A stretch of DNA of 63,195 bases, the filler included, from Reticulomyxa filosa (Eukaryota; Protista; Foraminifera): NCBI GenBank assembly GCA_000512085.1. It is 14 parts of 14 records of this genome, joined end to end, with 100 filler letters (N's around TTAATTAATTAA, not from the genome) between each part and the next. Parts side by side here need not be neighbours in the genome. Positions count along the whole stretch, not along the records: positions 49,602 to 50,995 come from ASPP01013602.1; positions 51,096 to 54,131 come from ASPP01003932.1; positions 54,232 to 55,249 come from ASPP01005820.1; positions 55,350 to 60,556 come from ASPP01002401.1; positions 60,657 to 61,730 come from ASPP01047926.1; positions 61,831 to 63,195 come from ASPP01020825.1; 8 more parts are not named here. One strand, given 5' to 3'. A program made the position numbers and the translations under genes. A model generated the notes under the pieces. That model searched no databases. It was given only the letters and a program-made list of their open reading frames with translations, and was not told the origin of the DNA. Shown here piece after piece: positions 50,741 to 63,164 of the stretch (positions within the stretch are counted from its first letter, which is position 1; each line of letters opens with the position of its first letter).

Positions 50741-50995
50741 GCAGAAGCAGCAGTCGTCAGGCAAAAAGCCGTCATAAACCAACCATCATTAGCTGGCGTT
50801 TTGCCTTTGTGGTGTTGGGCTTGTCTGCCATTTTCTTTGGTTTGGTTGCCCGTGCTGCCTATTTGCAAGTCATCGACCCGGAAAAACTGATCGAAGAAGG
50901 CGATTCACGCACCTTACGGGTGAAATCCGATACAGTGCTGCGCGGCATGATTTTTGACCGGCACGGTGAAGAGCTGGCGGTCAGTGTGCCGGTTG
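50737..50995 (+). CDS. ftsI: Penicillin-binding protein 3, N-terminal part
   Basis: 'WRF...RAAYLQV...EGDSR...RGMIFDRHGEELAVSVPV'. Follows ftsL. Confidence 0.92.
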
Positions 50996-51587
50996 NNNNN
51001 NNNNNNNNNNNNNNNNNNNNNNNNNNNNNNNNNNNNNNNTTAATTAATTAANNNNNNNNNNNNNNNNNNNNNNNNNNNNNNNNNNNNNNNNNNNNCTAAA
51101 AATCTCAAGTGTTTGAGAAATGATTTAGGTTTTTCACATCTACACGCTGCAAAGAACATTATCGTACAGCAAAAAGAAAGTCAGTTAAAATTACTCCGGG
51201 CAAGACCACAAGATATGACAAGGAAAAGAGTTTGTCAACAAAGAATTAAATTTTTTAATTCCTAATCACTTCAAAAAGAAAAAAATCTTGTTTTTGAGTA
51301 AATACAAGTGGACACACGATTTCGCAAGCAAAAAAGAAAAAAAAAGAAAGTACATTAGTCATCACAGAACAAAGGGCCACAAAAAAAAGAAGGAAAAGAA
51401 GAAATTGCCAATTCATCATTGCAGATCGCATTTCATCTTGTAGTTTGAGTAAATGCAAAATCATTGGCTATTCTTCTCCTCAGAATTGTGAAAAGATAAG
51501 AAAAGGAAGCTTGTTGACAAATTAAAATAACGATTTGATGCATCGGACCCACGATTATCACTAACAGAAATTTTTTTTTTTTTTTTT

Positions 51588-54010
51588 TCAAAACGTTGAA
51601 CTAGTAATATTCACATTTTGATTCAACAAATGATTGGAACATTGCGAAATTGTGTCGACGGCTATTGAAGAAGATAGTGGAGCTTGGAAATGGTTTGCAC
51701 AAGCATAGGATCCAGCTTCGAGATGTGCGAGCAGATCATCTGCAGTGGAGTTAGTATAGACTGACTCTTTTTTGATTCCAAAGCGCCACCAATGCATTGA
51801 GGTATGACCTACTACATGCACATCCGAAACACGGCTTAATGCAATTGTAACTATTGTGATGACCATCAGCATCAATATTTGAAAGTTGGTTATTGAAAGC
51901 TGTTTGGAGTTATTCTTACAATTGTGTGACTTCAAAAGTGGTGAAGCGATGTTGGCATTATTGCCAATACCTTGTGTTGATGTGGCTGACTCCATCAAAA
52001 CATCTTCCTTTTTCGTAGTATGATTCACTCGTATCATTTCTGCATTTGTGCCTGTTTTTGTTTCTATGTCTATATTTATGTCTATGTCTATGTCTATATC
52101 TATGTCTGTGTCTGTGCCCATGTCTGTAAGGGGTAAGTCGTTAATATATCTAGAAGATTCGTCTTCACTTGACAAAGATGGGTTATAGTCCGTGCAAGGA
52201 TTATTTCCATTCCAAAACGCAGAAAGCGATTTTTTGGAAGCTTTGCAAGGAGAGAGTGAAGGTGGAGGGAAAATATGGTGACTAGGACTTGTTATTTGTA
52301 TATGTCGTTCGCAATGTTGTGTTGGACATGAATGGTCCGACAGTGCATTTGGATTGACATCAGCAGCGTGTATCGACGGATGTGGGCTCACTTTCATATC
52401 GACGTCTATATCCAAGTCAAAGTCATACATTGGAAATCCTTGAGTGTCCGAGTCGCTGTCTTCGCTCGGCTGCGGAGATGGTGAACGAGGAGGGTTTGGA
52501 TTGTTGTCGTTGTCATTATCATTATCCGGTGGAGGCTTTGATTTCGATCGTGAGGGAGATCGAGATTGATCCTTTTTGGAGCGTGAATGAGAAGGAGAGT
52601 CAGAACGCGAGCTAAATGAAGGCGTACGAGGTGGAGAAGGCGCTTTTGCGTTGGGGTCAAATACGCCGTGCAACGACAATATCCCAAACAAAAAGTTTTT
52701 ATGAGCATTGAAAATGATCAGTGCGTTGCCATTGGCCGAAGTGAGATCATTTCGGAGTGTGTCCAATAGCTTTGGCAACGCGTCCAATTGATGGAATGGA
52801 AGTAGTGTGTGTGGGGTTATTACGCGCTGTCTCTTCGTCAATAGTTCTAAATTCACGTACAAATTCGGATTTGGTGGGTTATTTATTACCTTCATTAGTC
52901 GCTCTTCAAACAACTGTCTCTCTATACGGAGGGCCCCAAAAGTTCGAACAAACTGCGCTTTGATGTATTGATGTGTCTATTTAGAGATAAACAAAGATCA
53001 CTTATCGATTTGTTCTTCTTTTGTTTAACAAAAAAGATAACAATATAATAATAATGCAAAGATACCTCTCTCAAATGAGCATTTTGCAATAATTCAATGG
53101 CATTGTCCATTTGGCGACAACGCAAATGCTTGGAGAGTATTTTGGTAGTGCCTCTCGATCGCTGCTCAAGCTCAATAGTATCGGCCTCCGTGCCGTTGGC
53201 CCCTTGCTTTGTTGGCTGCACGAGTGGCCGAGCATCCATCGAAGTCGCATTTACATTGGGCGTGGCCGTGCTCGGTGGTGGTGACATTGGTGTCGCTCCT
53301 TCGCGTTCTTTCGCATCTACAAGCGAGCCAATTGTTTCAAAAACAGAATGAAAAAAAAAAAAAAGTATTGCTTTAATATCATACTTTTTCTCTCTCTCTT
53401 TTTTTTTTGTAAAGTATCAATTCAATTGTCCTATACCTGCAGTATGATCGACCGGGTCAGTGGTAGACAAAGGGATATTAATAGGAGGAAGGCGTTGTTG
53501 TTTGGCTGCCGGATTGGGTGAGTCTAGTGGAGTGTCTTGTGTCAATGCCTCGGAAGCTGAGCGCTGACGAACCTGGATTCTGCTCATCTCTTCCGCGTCC
53601 ATTTCGTCGTCTGGATATTTCTTTTTGGAGGGTGATATGGGTGACTGTATTGGCTTTTTTTTTATTATTGTTATTATTGTTATTATTGTTATTATTGTTA
53701 TTATTGTTAATTATGTATTTATATCCAACGTGTCATTTACGACAAATAAACAAATGCCAGTAAAAAAAAAAAAAAAAAAAAGACAACTTCAGTTCCTTCA
53801 CTAATTTTGCGTAGACTTCGGAACAGGACAGCAGTGCGAGGGCCATCAATACTCGCTCGACCACGAACTTTGGTGTGCAGTTCATTGTGAACGCGATTCT
53901 TTGCCTTTTGTTGGTTTTCGTGTTCGTATCCATGTGCCAGCGTGGCTGCACCCAAAGCCATGTATCGCTTTACAATCTCCCGTTGTCTTTGGCGTTCTGT
54001 TCTTGATTTT
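51588..54010 (-). CDS. Multi-exon hypothetical protein (P/S-rich, low complexity), 5'-truncated
   Basis: A series of minus-strand ORFs (53951, 53602, 53287, 52913) separated by intron-like AT-rich tracts. No domain recognised. Confidence 0.45.
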
Positions 54011-55413
54011 ACCCCTTCAAAGCGTTTTAGTCTTTTTTTTTTTTTTTTTTTCACGATATTGCCACGCATATATATATATATGTATATATGTACATATATT
54101 CTTACAAACACATTCTCAATAAGCAGACATANNNNNNNNNNNNNNNNNNNNNNNNNNNNNNNNNNNNNNNNNNNNTTAATTAATTAANNNNNNNNNNNNN
54201 NNNNNNNNNNNNNNNNNNNNNNNNNNNNNNNCGTTTTAATTAACGATCTTTAAAATCTGTTCAATGACAATACCGTTTTAAAAAAAAACAATTCAGACGT
54301 TTACAATGAAAAAACAAATTGAGATTATTGGAGATACCTTTCGTACTTTCGCTTCAACTAGTTGTGCAAGTACTAACTGTCTTAAAACAACAACTTCTCA
54401 TCGCTTCCATTCAAGCGTCTTTTCCGGTGACAATTTTTTATTTGTTTAAGGTTCGTGAAAGTGGCTGTTACTTCTCTTCTCACTTTACGTGTAGGCTATC
54501 CTTTAGTAAAAATTGTATTTAGCATTTACTGAAATTTTGGCGGCTGAATTGCTTGCAAGAAGTTTGCTTTAAAATACAAAGTTGCCAAATTTGCTGCATC
54601 TGCAGAACACTAAATCTAATAAGGCAAGAAGAGGTTTTAGTTTTAGTGAGTTTTTGATATTTAGTACCTTTTTCTCCTTTTGAAAACTAACATTGCGACA
54701 ATTGTCTACATTTATTTGTCAAAAAAAGAAAACCCAAAATAAGCTTAGATGTCGCAATATCCTTCAACTCAACTAAATGGTAGTTCGGCAGTGTCAGTTC
54801 CTAGGTACTTGTCTTCCAAAACAGTTTGTGCCGTTTGATTTCTGGTTGGACTTTGTTCTCAGAATGGCTTTCTAATGTTTTTTTCTCCACTCCTCAACAA
54901 ACAAAAAAAACGTGCCACCATTTTTTTTCCCTTCTCTTTTTTTTTTTTTTTTTATGAAAGTGAACCTCTTCCAAAAAAGGTTTTGCAAACATTGTTAGGA
55001 AAAATCACCAAAGTTTCTCATTAATTTTCCACGTGTCTACGCTGTATCGCACAAAGATTGGCGTTTGGCTTAGTTTGATGTGAAATTTGCAACAAACTGG
55101 TCCGGATAACCGTAAGCCAACCAAACAACTGACAACCTAGCACTTCCCCACTCGGGGCACCACATAACTCTTCGCTATGGTGCTTCCTGCTCCTTTTGGT
55201 CTCCATTTCGAAATTAAGGAAGGGGAAACCAAAAAAAAAAAAAAAAAAANNNNNNNNNNNNNNNNNNNNNNNNNNNNNNNNNNNNNNNNNNNNTTAATTA
55301 ATTAANNNNNNNNNNNNNNNNNNNNNNNNNNNNNNNNNNNNNNNNNNNNTTTTTTTTGGCTAGTTGTCGTTTTTAAATAGTAGTGTTTTCAAAAGAAATT
55401 TTTGTTGATACAG

Positions 55414-57403
55414 ATATAGAACAAAATCTGCAATTCCAAAAACAGTGAATATGTTGGAAAATAAAAAATGGAAAGAATATAAAATTGCCTTTGATTATGA
55501 ATACCGAAGAATTATATTATTCGATGAAGAAGCAAAAAAATTACAGGCATTGAAAATTGGGAAGCACAAGAAACAATCTTTGGAATTTAACGTTCATATT
55601 CAATGGGATAACGATTTTTCAGATAATTTAAAGTGGTGTAATCTCACTCTTAATCACAAATGGAAATTTTGCACATTTGACAATGACGACAGAGAAGAAT
55701 TATCCAACTGTTGTGCTGTTAACTGAATAAAACACATACTTACTTATCTTTGCCAATTGGTATCAGTTTGAGTCAAAAAATAATATTGCATGAATAGGAA
55801 TTCAATTCATTTAATGTCGTATGGAAAGATATGCTAATGCAAACATGCAAAGAGCCATTGGATCCTTATTCTATCACTTTGAAAGAAGCATTACAACATT
55901 TAAAAGATAAATTACAAATGCAAGAGCATTTTTTAACTAGAAGAGATGAGCCAATATGGTTTAAATGTGAATACAATAAGTGTAAACCACCAATTCCGTC
56001 AAATTTCAGTAACGAAAATGTATTATTGCATGATATTTACAAAAATCTTCCTTATTATCCGCATATTCAAGTATATTGGGAAGTTAAAGCTTATTTCATT
56101 GTTCCCTATACGCGCACTATTTGTACGAAAAGAAAAAAAAAAAAAGGGCTAATTCAAATGCTGAAAATTATTCATCGGACGAATCTAAATTCAATCCATT
56201 TTTATATGCACGTGATATACACAAACTAAAACTGATCCAAGAAAATTTAGTTCCAAAAGTAGTGTTAAGCACAAACACATTGAAAAATCTACTTCACGAG
56301 GTGATAAAAAATGGCTATTTGCGTGATTTACTCGATCAAGAGAATGCAAACAACAAAAAAATTCATAAAAAAATCAAACAACAAATTTATTATAATAAGA
56401 ATAACCCAGATGAATTGATATTAAATGATTTGATATTAACAATATTAAATGAATTGAAGATATTGTATCATGATGATATTCATAAACAAATGGGATATCC
56501 ACTTCAATTACATCATATTTGTGCAATTTTATTATATTGTGGTAAATCATGTAATGCTATGTTCAGTTATGATCAAATACAATTTAGACATTATAAATGG
56601 CCTAATTTAGATAATTCTTTATGCGATGCGATACATATTTTGCACAAACATGAAAAAAGAGAAGAATGGAGTATTGAATTATATTGTGGATTGAAAGGAG
56701 TGAGATTGGAGAATATTGACAAAGAAATAAAATCAGGATATTTCATAAGCCATATAAGCACTTCCGATGACATTGGAGTTGCACAAATATATAGAAGTGA
56801 CCAAGGATGTATTTTACACTTTCATCCTTCAATGAGAAGAGCAACTGGAATTGAAAGTTGTGACGTCTTATGGATATCTCCATTCAAGCATGAAAGTGAA
56901 ATTTGTTTTCAAGGTCATGGGTTTCATTTGTTCATGACGAGGAAGCACATCAAGAAAAATTTTCATGGAATGCAAAACTTGAAAGTGAAGATGAAAAAAC
57001 ACAAATGACATTATTGACATGGACAAGATATGATCAATTCATTCAACAAACCCTGCAAATTAGCACAAAGTGGAATCATTGCATAGACCTAAATGTTATT
57101 TATATTGCTTATAAATATTGGTGTGAAGGAGATGCAAATGCAACTGCCAAATTACTGGAAGAATTCAATGAATGGATGAAGATAGAAGACAACATAAATC
57201 AATATAAAAAAATAGAGAAAAAATTTGTGGAACGGCGTTGTTGCAATCATCACGTCAACCTTTTTTGTATTTTTTTTGTCAAAAAAGAAATTCTTGTCGA
57301 ACAACGAACATCTCTTGAAGAGGCAGTAATACATACAGTTAATAATGGTTTGCCATTTGTTGAGAAGGATAAAAGGATATCGTTACAAAAATTAAATAAT
57401 TGA
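55414..57403 (+). CDS. ADP-ribosyltransferase (ARTC-like) domain protein, paralog 1, 5'-truncated
   Basis: 'AILLYCG', 'ELYCGL', 'FISHISTSDDIGVAQ', 'CDVLWISPFKHESEI' match the ART pattern AI.LYT / LYRG / STS / S.F..ExE. Intron 55718-55797. Frameshifts at ~56140 (A-run) and ~56903. Confidence 0.7.
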
Positions 57404-57499
57404 ATTACGTTTTAAACTTGCACAGAACTGATCAACATAAACAAAGTTTTTTTAACAAACAAAAAAAGCATTTTTTTTTATTTTGTTGAATAATGTATA

Positions 57500-58697
57500 T
57501 CATTCCCAAACTCTGACTGTTTTATCATAAGCACATGATATGATTGTATTTCCATCTTGTGAAATATCAACCCCTATCACGCCTTCGGAGTGTCCTTTTA
57601 GTTTTTGTATTTCTTGTTTTGATTTTATATCCCATATTCGAATTGTACGATCACCTGAACAGGACACAATCTTTTGACCATCTGGAAAATATCTTATGCA
57701 AGTCACATAAGACGAATGTCCCTCAAGTATTGTCACTGTTTCTCCTGATTGCACATCCCATATCCGAATAGTGGTATCATGCGAGCAAGATGCAATAAAT
57801 CGATCATCTGGAGAAAATATTGCACATGTGACACCACCAGAATGTCCTTTCAATTGTTTCAATATTTCACCTGTATTTACACTCCACACACCAATTGTTG
57901 AATCAGATGAAGCGGAAACAATCATTTGACCATTTGATGAAAATTGCACACTCCATACACGACCTACATGTCCTCGCAATTGTTGGATGATATTACCCGA
58001 CTGCACATCCCGTAATTCTATTGTGTTGTCAGATAAACCAACTGCAATTGATTTACCATTTGGAGAAAATTTTACATCACATACTATCTTAAAATCAAGT
58101 TTCGATCGTTTCGAGTATATATTTTGCATTACTTGAATATGATCCATTCCCCATTTCATCACTTCTGTACCTGTTTTCACATCCCAAAATCGAATTGTTT
58201 TGTCATTTGCACCAGACACAATGGTACAACCATCTGGTGAAAATTCGGCAGCTGTCACACTATCACCATGTCCACTAAATGTTTGCGATTGTACTTTCGT
58301 TGCAATATCCCATATTCTAATCACAGCACTATAGGGGACAATAACAACTCTTTTACCATCTGGTGAAAGTCTTGCACTGACCATACTTAATTGCACGTAT
58401 AAAATTTTCAATAGCTTAAAATGTTTGGCCTTTTTGGTAATTTTGTAAATTTAAATTCTTTTCATTTGCAATGGGAAAAAACTTTAAAAAAAAAAATCAA
58501 ATAAAGGAATTAACATAGTCCATAATAAGCTTTTCAAAATCATCGATCCATCCTAATTTAATATCTGCAATTCGAATCCAATTTTGAAGGATTAACTTTA
58601 TCCCGTCTTTAAATAACGCTGGTGTTGTAATCTTTTTTTTTTTGAGAGGAGTCGTTCTTTCGTCATTTTCTTTGTTAGTAAAGGAAGAGTCATTCAT
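57500..58697 (-). CDS. WD40-repeat protein of the expanded family with an N-terminal 'NWIRIADIKLGWIDDFEKL' motif, 2 exons
   Basis: About 7 repeats of GH...FSPDG..IVS.S.D.TIRIWD. Exon 1 (58697-~58515, donor GTTAAT) splices to 'AKHFKLLKIL' at ~58430. Confidence 0.88.
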
Positions 58698-58990
58698 ATT
58701 TTCTTTCTAAACTTCTCTTTTTTTGGAAGTAGTTGCAATCACTAAAAGGTTAATATACAAATCAATCAATGATGATTTCCAAAAAAACAAATTTTGAAAT
58801 TTGCCCTTTTTGAACTTGTTTTTTGAACAATTCTATGTTGAATACTTATTCGTATCTTAAACAAAAGAAAAACATTACAAATTTATCAAATATCCTTTTC
58901 TCTCTTTCTTTATCTTTTAATGCAATAAATTTGCATCATATTTTATTTTTTAATCAACAAATAAGGTGCTTAAGAAATATTTTAACAAAG

Positions 58991-60556
58991 TCATTTACAA
59001 ATTTCATTTATCCTTTGTTCCATTCTACTTTTGTCTTTTTCAACAAACGGCAAGCCATTTACGACAGTAAGCATTGTTGCATATTCAATGGGAGTGTATT
59101 TCGTACTTTCTCTTTCTGAAGCAAAAATAGCAAATAAATTGATACTGTGATTACAACAACGTCTTTCTATAAATTCTTTCTTATTTTCTTCATATTTCTT
59201 TTATTACCTGGTTGTGTTATCCATTCTTCAAATGAAGATAAAATATTTGAACATGTTTTCTTTGACAGTAACTAAAATTGTATATATGAGATTTAAGTCC
59301 ATAGAATGATTCAATATTTTACTAATATTCATAGTTTGTTGGATGAATTGGTCATATCTTGTCCACGTTAACAATATCATTTGTGTATATTCATCTTCAC
59401 TCTCTACTTTTGCATTCCATGCACTTATTCTTGTATGCTTTCTCTCATCAAAATTGCCTACAAAAGACCTAGAAAACAAAATTTCACGTTCATGTTTGAA
59501 CGGAGATATCCATGATACATCACAACTATCAATCCAATTTGATCTTCTCATAGAAGGATGAAAATGTAAAATACATCCTTGATGACTTCTATACATTTGT
59601 GCAACTTGAATATCATCAGAAGTACTTACATGACTTATGAAAAATCCTGATTTTATTTCTTTAATATTCTCCAATCTCACATTCTTCAATCCACAATATA
59701 CTTCCATTTCATTTTCTTCTCTTCTTTCATGCTTATGCAAAATACGAATAGCCTCCTGCATATAACCATCCAAATAAGGCCAATTATGATGTCTAAATTG
59801 TATTTGCTCATAACTGAAATTTTCATTACATGATTTACCACAATACAATAAAATTGCACAAATTTGATGTAATTGAAGTGGATATCCCATTTGTTTATGA
59901 ATATCATCATGATACAATATCTTCAATTCATTTAATATTGTTAATATCAAATCATTTAATATCAATTCATTTGGATTTTTTTCATTATAATTAATTTGCT
60001 TTTTGATTTTTTTACGAGATATTGATAGTCTGTCAATAATTAAATCATGCAAAAAGCCATTCTTTATTACTTCGTGCAAGAGTAATTGCAACCCGCTATT
60101 ACTTTTTTGATTAATTAAAAACACAGTATCTTCAATAAGTTTAAGTCTGTGTAAATCACATTCATACAATAATGGATTGAATTTAGTTTTTTGATTTAAT
60201 GAAATATCTTGAAATGGAACATTTTTTGGTAAATTATTTCTTCCTATATCAATGGTACGCTTGTAAGGGACTATGAAACTAACCTCTATTTTCCAATGCA
60301 CCTGCATGTTCGGATAATGAGGAAAAAGTGTGTAAATATCATCCAATAGCACATCTTCATTGGTATTTGACGGAATTGGTGGTTCGCATTTATCAAATTC
60401 ACATTTAAAATTTACTAATTCATCTTCCCCACTCATATAATATTGTCTCGCTTGGAATTGATGTTTGAGATGTTGTAATCCTTTTTTCAAAGTCATTGAA
60501 TAAGGGTTTAATGGTTCGTTGTATATTTGCATATTACCTTTTTTCTGAATAATTTG
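58991..60556 (-). CDS. ADP-ribosyltransferase (ARTC-like) domain protein, paralog 2, 5'-truncated
   Basis: 'EVYCGLKNVRLE...FISHVSTSDDIQVAQ...CDVSWISPFKHEREILF'. Colinear with paralog 1. The C-terminus 'ERRCCNHSINLF...NGLPFVEKDK' continues past frameshifts near 59250-59190. Confidence 0.7.
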
Positions 60557-61084
60557 NNNNNNNNNNNNNNNNNNNNNNNNNNNNNNNNNNNNNNNNNNNN
60601 TTAATTAATTAANNNNNNNNNNNNNNNNNNNNNNNNNNNNNNNNNNNNNNNNNNNNTTTTGAAAAAAAATGAACTTATTTTCATTGTTTTATTTAAAAAC
60701 GTAATCTGTTTTTCAGTTATTGAAAAAACTTGATTCAAAAAGAGATTCTCAAATTGATTGAACATCTGAATTATCAAAGCATTCGAAAAAAATATTTGCT
60801 GAGAATATGCAAGATAATATTTTGTGAACCCATTTAATTTTTTTGCATGAAAGCCCTCAAAATAAAAAAAGAAAGAAAATCAAAGTAGAACCCCACCATA
60901 ACCAAAGATACAAAACTTCACTGTCGCACACTTTAAACATCAAATATAAATTACATTGTTCAATGTTAATTTATACAGTAAAAACCAAAGAAGTAAAAAA
61001 AAATACAAAAAATTGTTGAAACAAGCATAATCAATACAATAACAAAAAAAAAATTACATGAACAAATTTCAGCCAACATTGTCG

Positions 61085-61312
61085 TTAAAGCAATTTAACA
61101 AATTGATCAGCTCTCGCTTTTAATTTTTTCTTATCAAACACCAATTGATTTAGTTCGTGTCTTGGTAATGTCAATAACATTCCTGTAAGTTTTGCGACTT
61201 TTTCAGGAAATTCGGATTTTAACTCTTGATAAATAATATCTCCAATTTTGCGTTGTTCAGCGGTCCATGTTGGTGGAACTGAGTTTGATTTTTTTCCATC
61301 TGTTGAAGTAAT
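61085..61312 (-). CDS. Terminal exon encoding an MLLE/PABC domain
   Basis: Reads 'EQRKIGDIIYQELKSEFPEKVAKLTGMLLTLPRHELNQLVFDKKKLKARADQFVKLL*', matching QKQ.LGE.L...I....P..AGKITGMLL. Not in the ORF track because it lacks an ATG. Confidence 0.75.
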   Translation of the reverse strand: MTSTDGKKSNSVPPTWTAEQRKIGDIIYQELKSEFPEKVAKLTGMLLTLPRHELNQLVFDKKKLKARADQFVKLL

Positions 61313-61830
61313 CTATCAAATAAACAAAAAATATGTTCAAAATCAGAAGAGAAGAAGGTAAATAAATTTACAAAATTCTACCTTGGAATTGCTGCAAGTC
61401 GAAGAGAAAATGGAGTTGGAGATCGTTTGTAGTGCATTCAATGATACCTTCGTGTTTGAAATAACCAAAGGAGTATTCGAAGTGCAAGATATTGGATAGA
61501 TCGCACCTCTTTTATTGTATTAAAATTTTTGAAGAAAGATTTATCTCATATAATAATACAACACACAAAAAATGTAAAATAACTGAGAAAGAATAACATA
61601 AGGCTGGTTTTTGATGGATGGTATCACTGATAGAAATTGACCATGACAAGATGAAGAAGTAATCAAAACAGGTGAAATAGCACAAGAATGCGATACATTG
61701 GTTTAAACATTGCAAGTGGTAGTGTTGGACNNNNNNNNNNNNNNNNNNNNNNNNNNNNNNNNNNNNNNNNNNNNTTAATTAATTAANNNNNNNNNNNNNN
61801 NNNNNNNNNNNNNNNNNNNNNNNNNNNNNN

Positions 61831-63162
61831 CCAAAGCCAAAGCTGAAGACGGAAGATAAAGCAAAAGCGAAAGCAAAAGCAAAAGCTAAACCCGAATCCA
61901 AAGCGCCGAAAAAGACAGCGACAACAAGCCAACTAACGACGTGTGTAACTGCAGATCAGCCGTACAATTTCAGAATTGTCCATCGATTGGACCGTTTGAC
62001 CAGCGGCGTTTGTATTTTGGCCAAATCTGTTGCTGCTGCACAAGAAGTTGTTTTTTTTTTTAAATGTGTAAGCTACTGTCATGACACACCATCTGCAATG
62101 CATTATAGATCAGTCAATACTTTATTTCTCGTCGAGTGCAAAAATATTACATTTGCGAAGTGGTCGGGAAATTCGACGTCGACGAGTTGAAACAGAAATA
62201 CGAATCAAATACAGAGACAAAGACAAAGATAAAGACAAAAAAAAGCGACGAAGAAAAAGACTCGCAAAAAGGCCAAGATGAAGGCCAAGAGAAAGAAAGT
62301 AATATTGACAATAGTAACAATAGCAGTAACGATGACAATGACAATGACAATGATAATAATAATGACAATGATAATAATAATGACAATGATAATGATAATA
62401 ATAATGACAATGACAAGAATAATAATAATGACAATGACAATGACAATGGCAATGAGGATAATAGTGACAAAGATGAAGATGACGATAACGATAACGATAA
62501 CGAGATAAGGAAAGAGGAGGTCGACTATCCTTCACACATGCTAATGATAAATCGTCCCATTGGAAAAGACGGAAACAACAATCGAAGAATGAAAATCAAT
62601 GGTACCTATCCTTGCTCTGCCGTCACCTATTTCGATTTGATCAAATACGACCCCGTCACAAACACCTCTTTCGTCAAGGCGATGCCCAAAACGGGACGCA
62701 CTCATCAGATTCGTGTCCATTTGAGCAGTATTGGCTTTCCTATCGTGTTGGACGAACTATACAACTATCATCGGGTCATGGCCGAACTCGACATGGCCAA
62801 AACCAAGAAAGACCACGATGCCAATTCCGCTCGCTCTTGTCAAAGCAGTGAAGAAGAATATCTTGCGGTAAACAAAATATCCATTGAAACTGACATGCTG
62901 TTAAATCCATGTGTTGTCAGTGGTCATGACTCTTCTCAACATCCCACTTTGGAAAGTCGTGCGCTCATGAAGTGTTTCATTTGTCAAGATATCGATGCTT
63001 GGATACAATCCATTCCGAAAGAAACATGGAGCAAAAAAATACACTTGCATGCTTACCAATACTCTTGTTCGTTGTGGGGAGACATCGTTTGCACCAAGTT
63101 CCCCAGTTGGTGTCCTAAAGATGTTGTTGATGCACTCTTGTCCAAAACAACTCAGAAATCCT

Positions 63163-63164
<2 letters not shown>
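61831..63164 (+). CDS. RluA-family pseudouridine synthase (RPUSD2/Pus8-9-like), 5'-truncated, with an N/D-rich insertion
   Basis: Catalytic 'HRLDRLTSGV', 'VQKYY', 'PKTGRTHQIRVHL..IGFPIVLDELY', 'IHLHAYQY'. Intron 62047-62108. Confidence 0.92.

Noticed and set aside
35338-50995. Bacterial genes as HGT islands, or as a system together with neighbouring eukaryotic genes
   Set aside because: Each segment is its own contig. Adjacency across linkers carries no biological information.
17584-61830. Recurrent TTAATTAATTAA palindrome as a biological repeat, and ORFs ending '...XXXLIN'
   Set aside because: It is always centred in 88 Ns, so it is an artificial six-frame-stop linker. ORFs running into it are artefacts.
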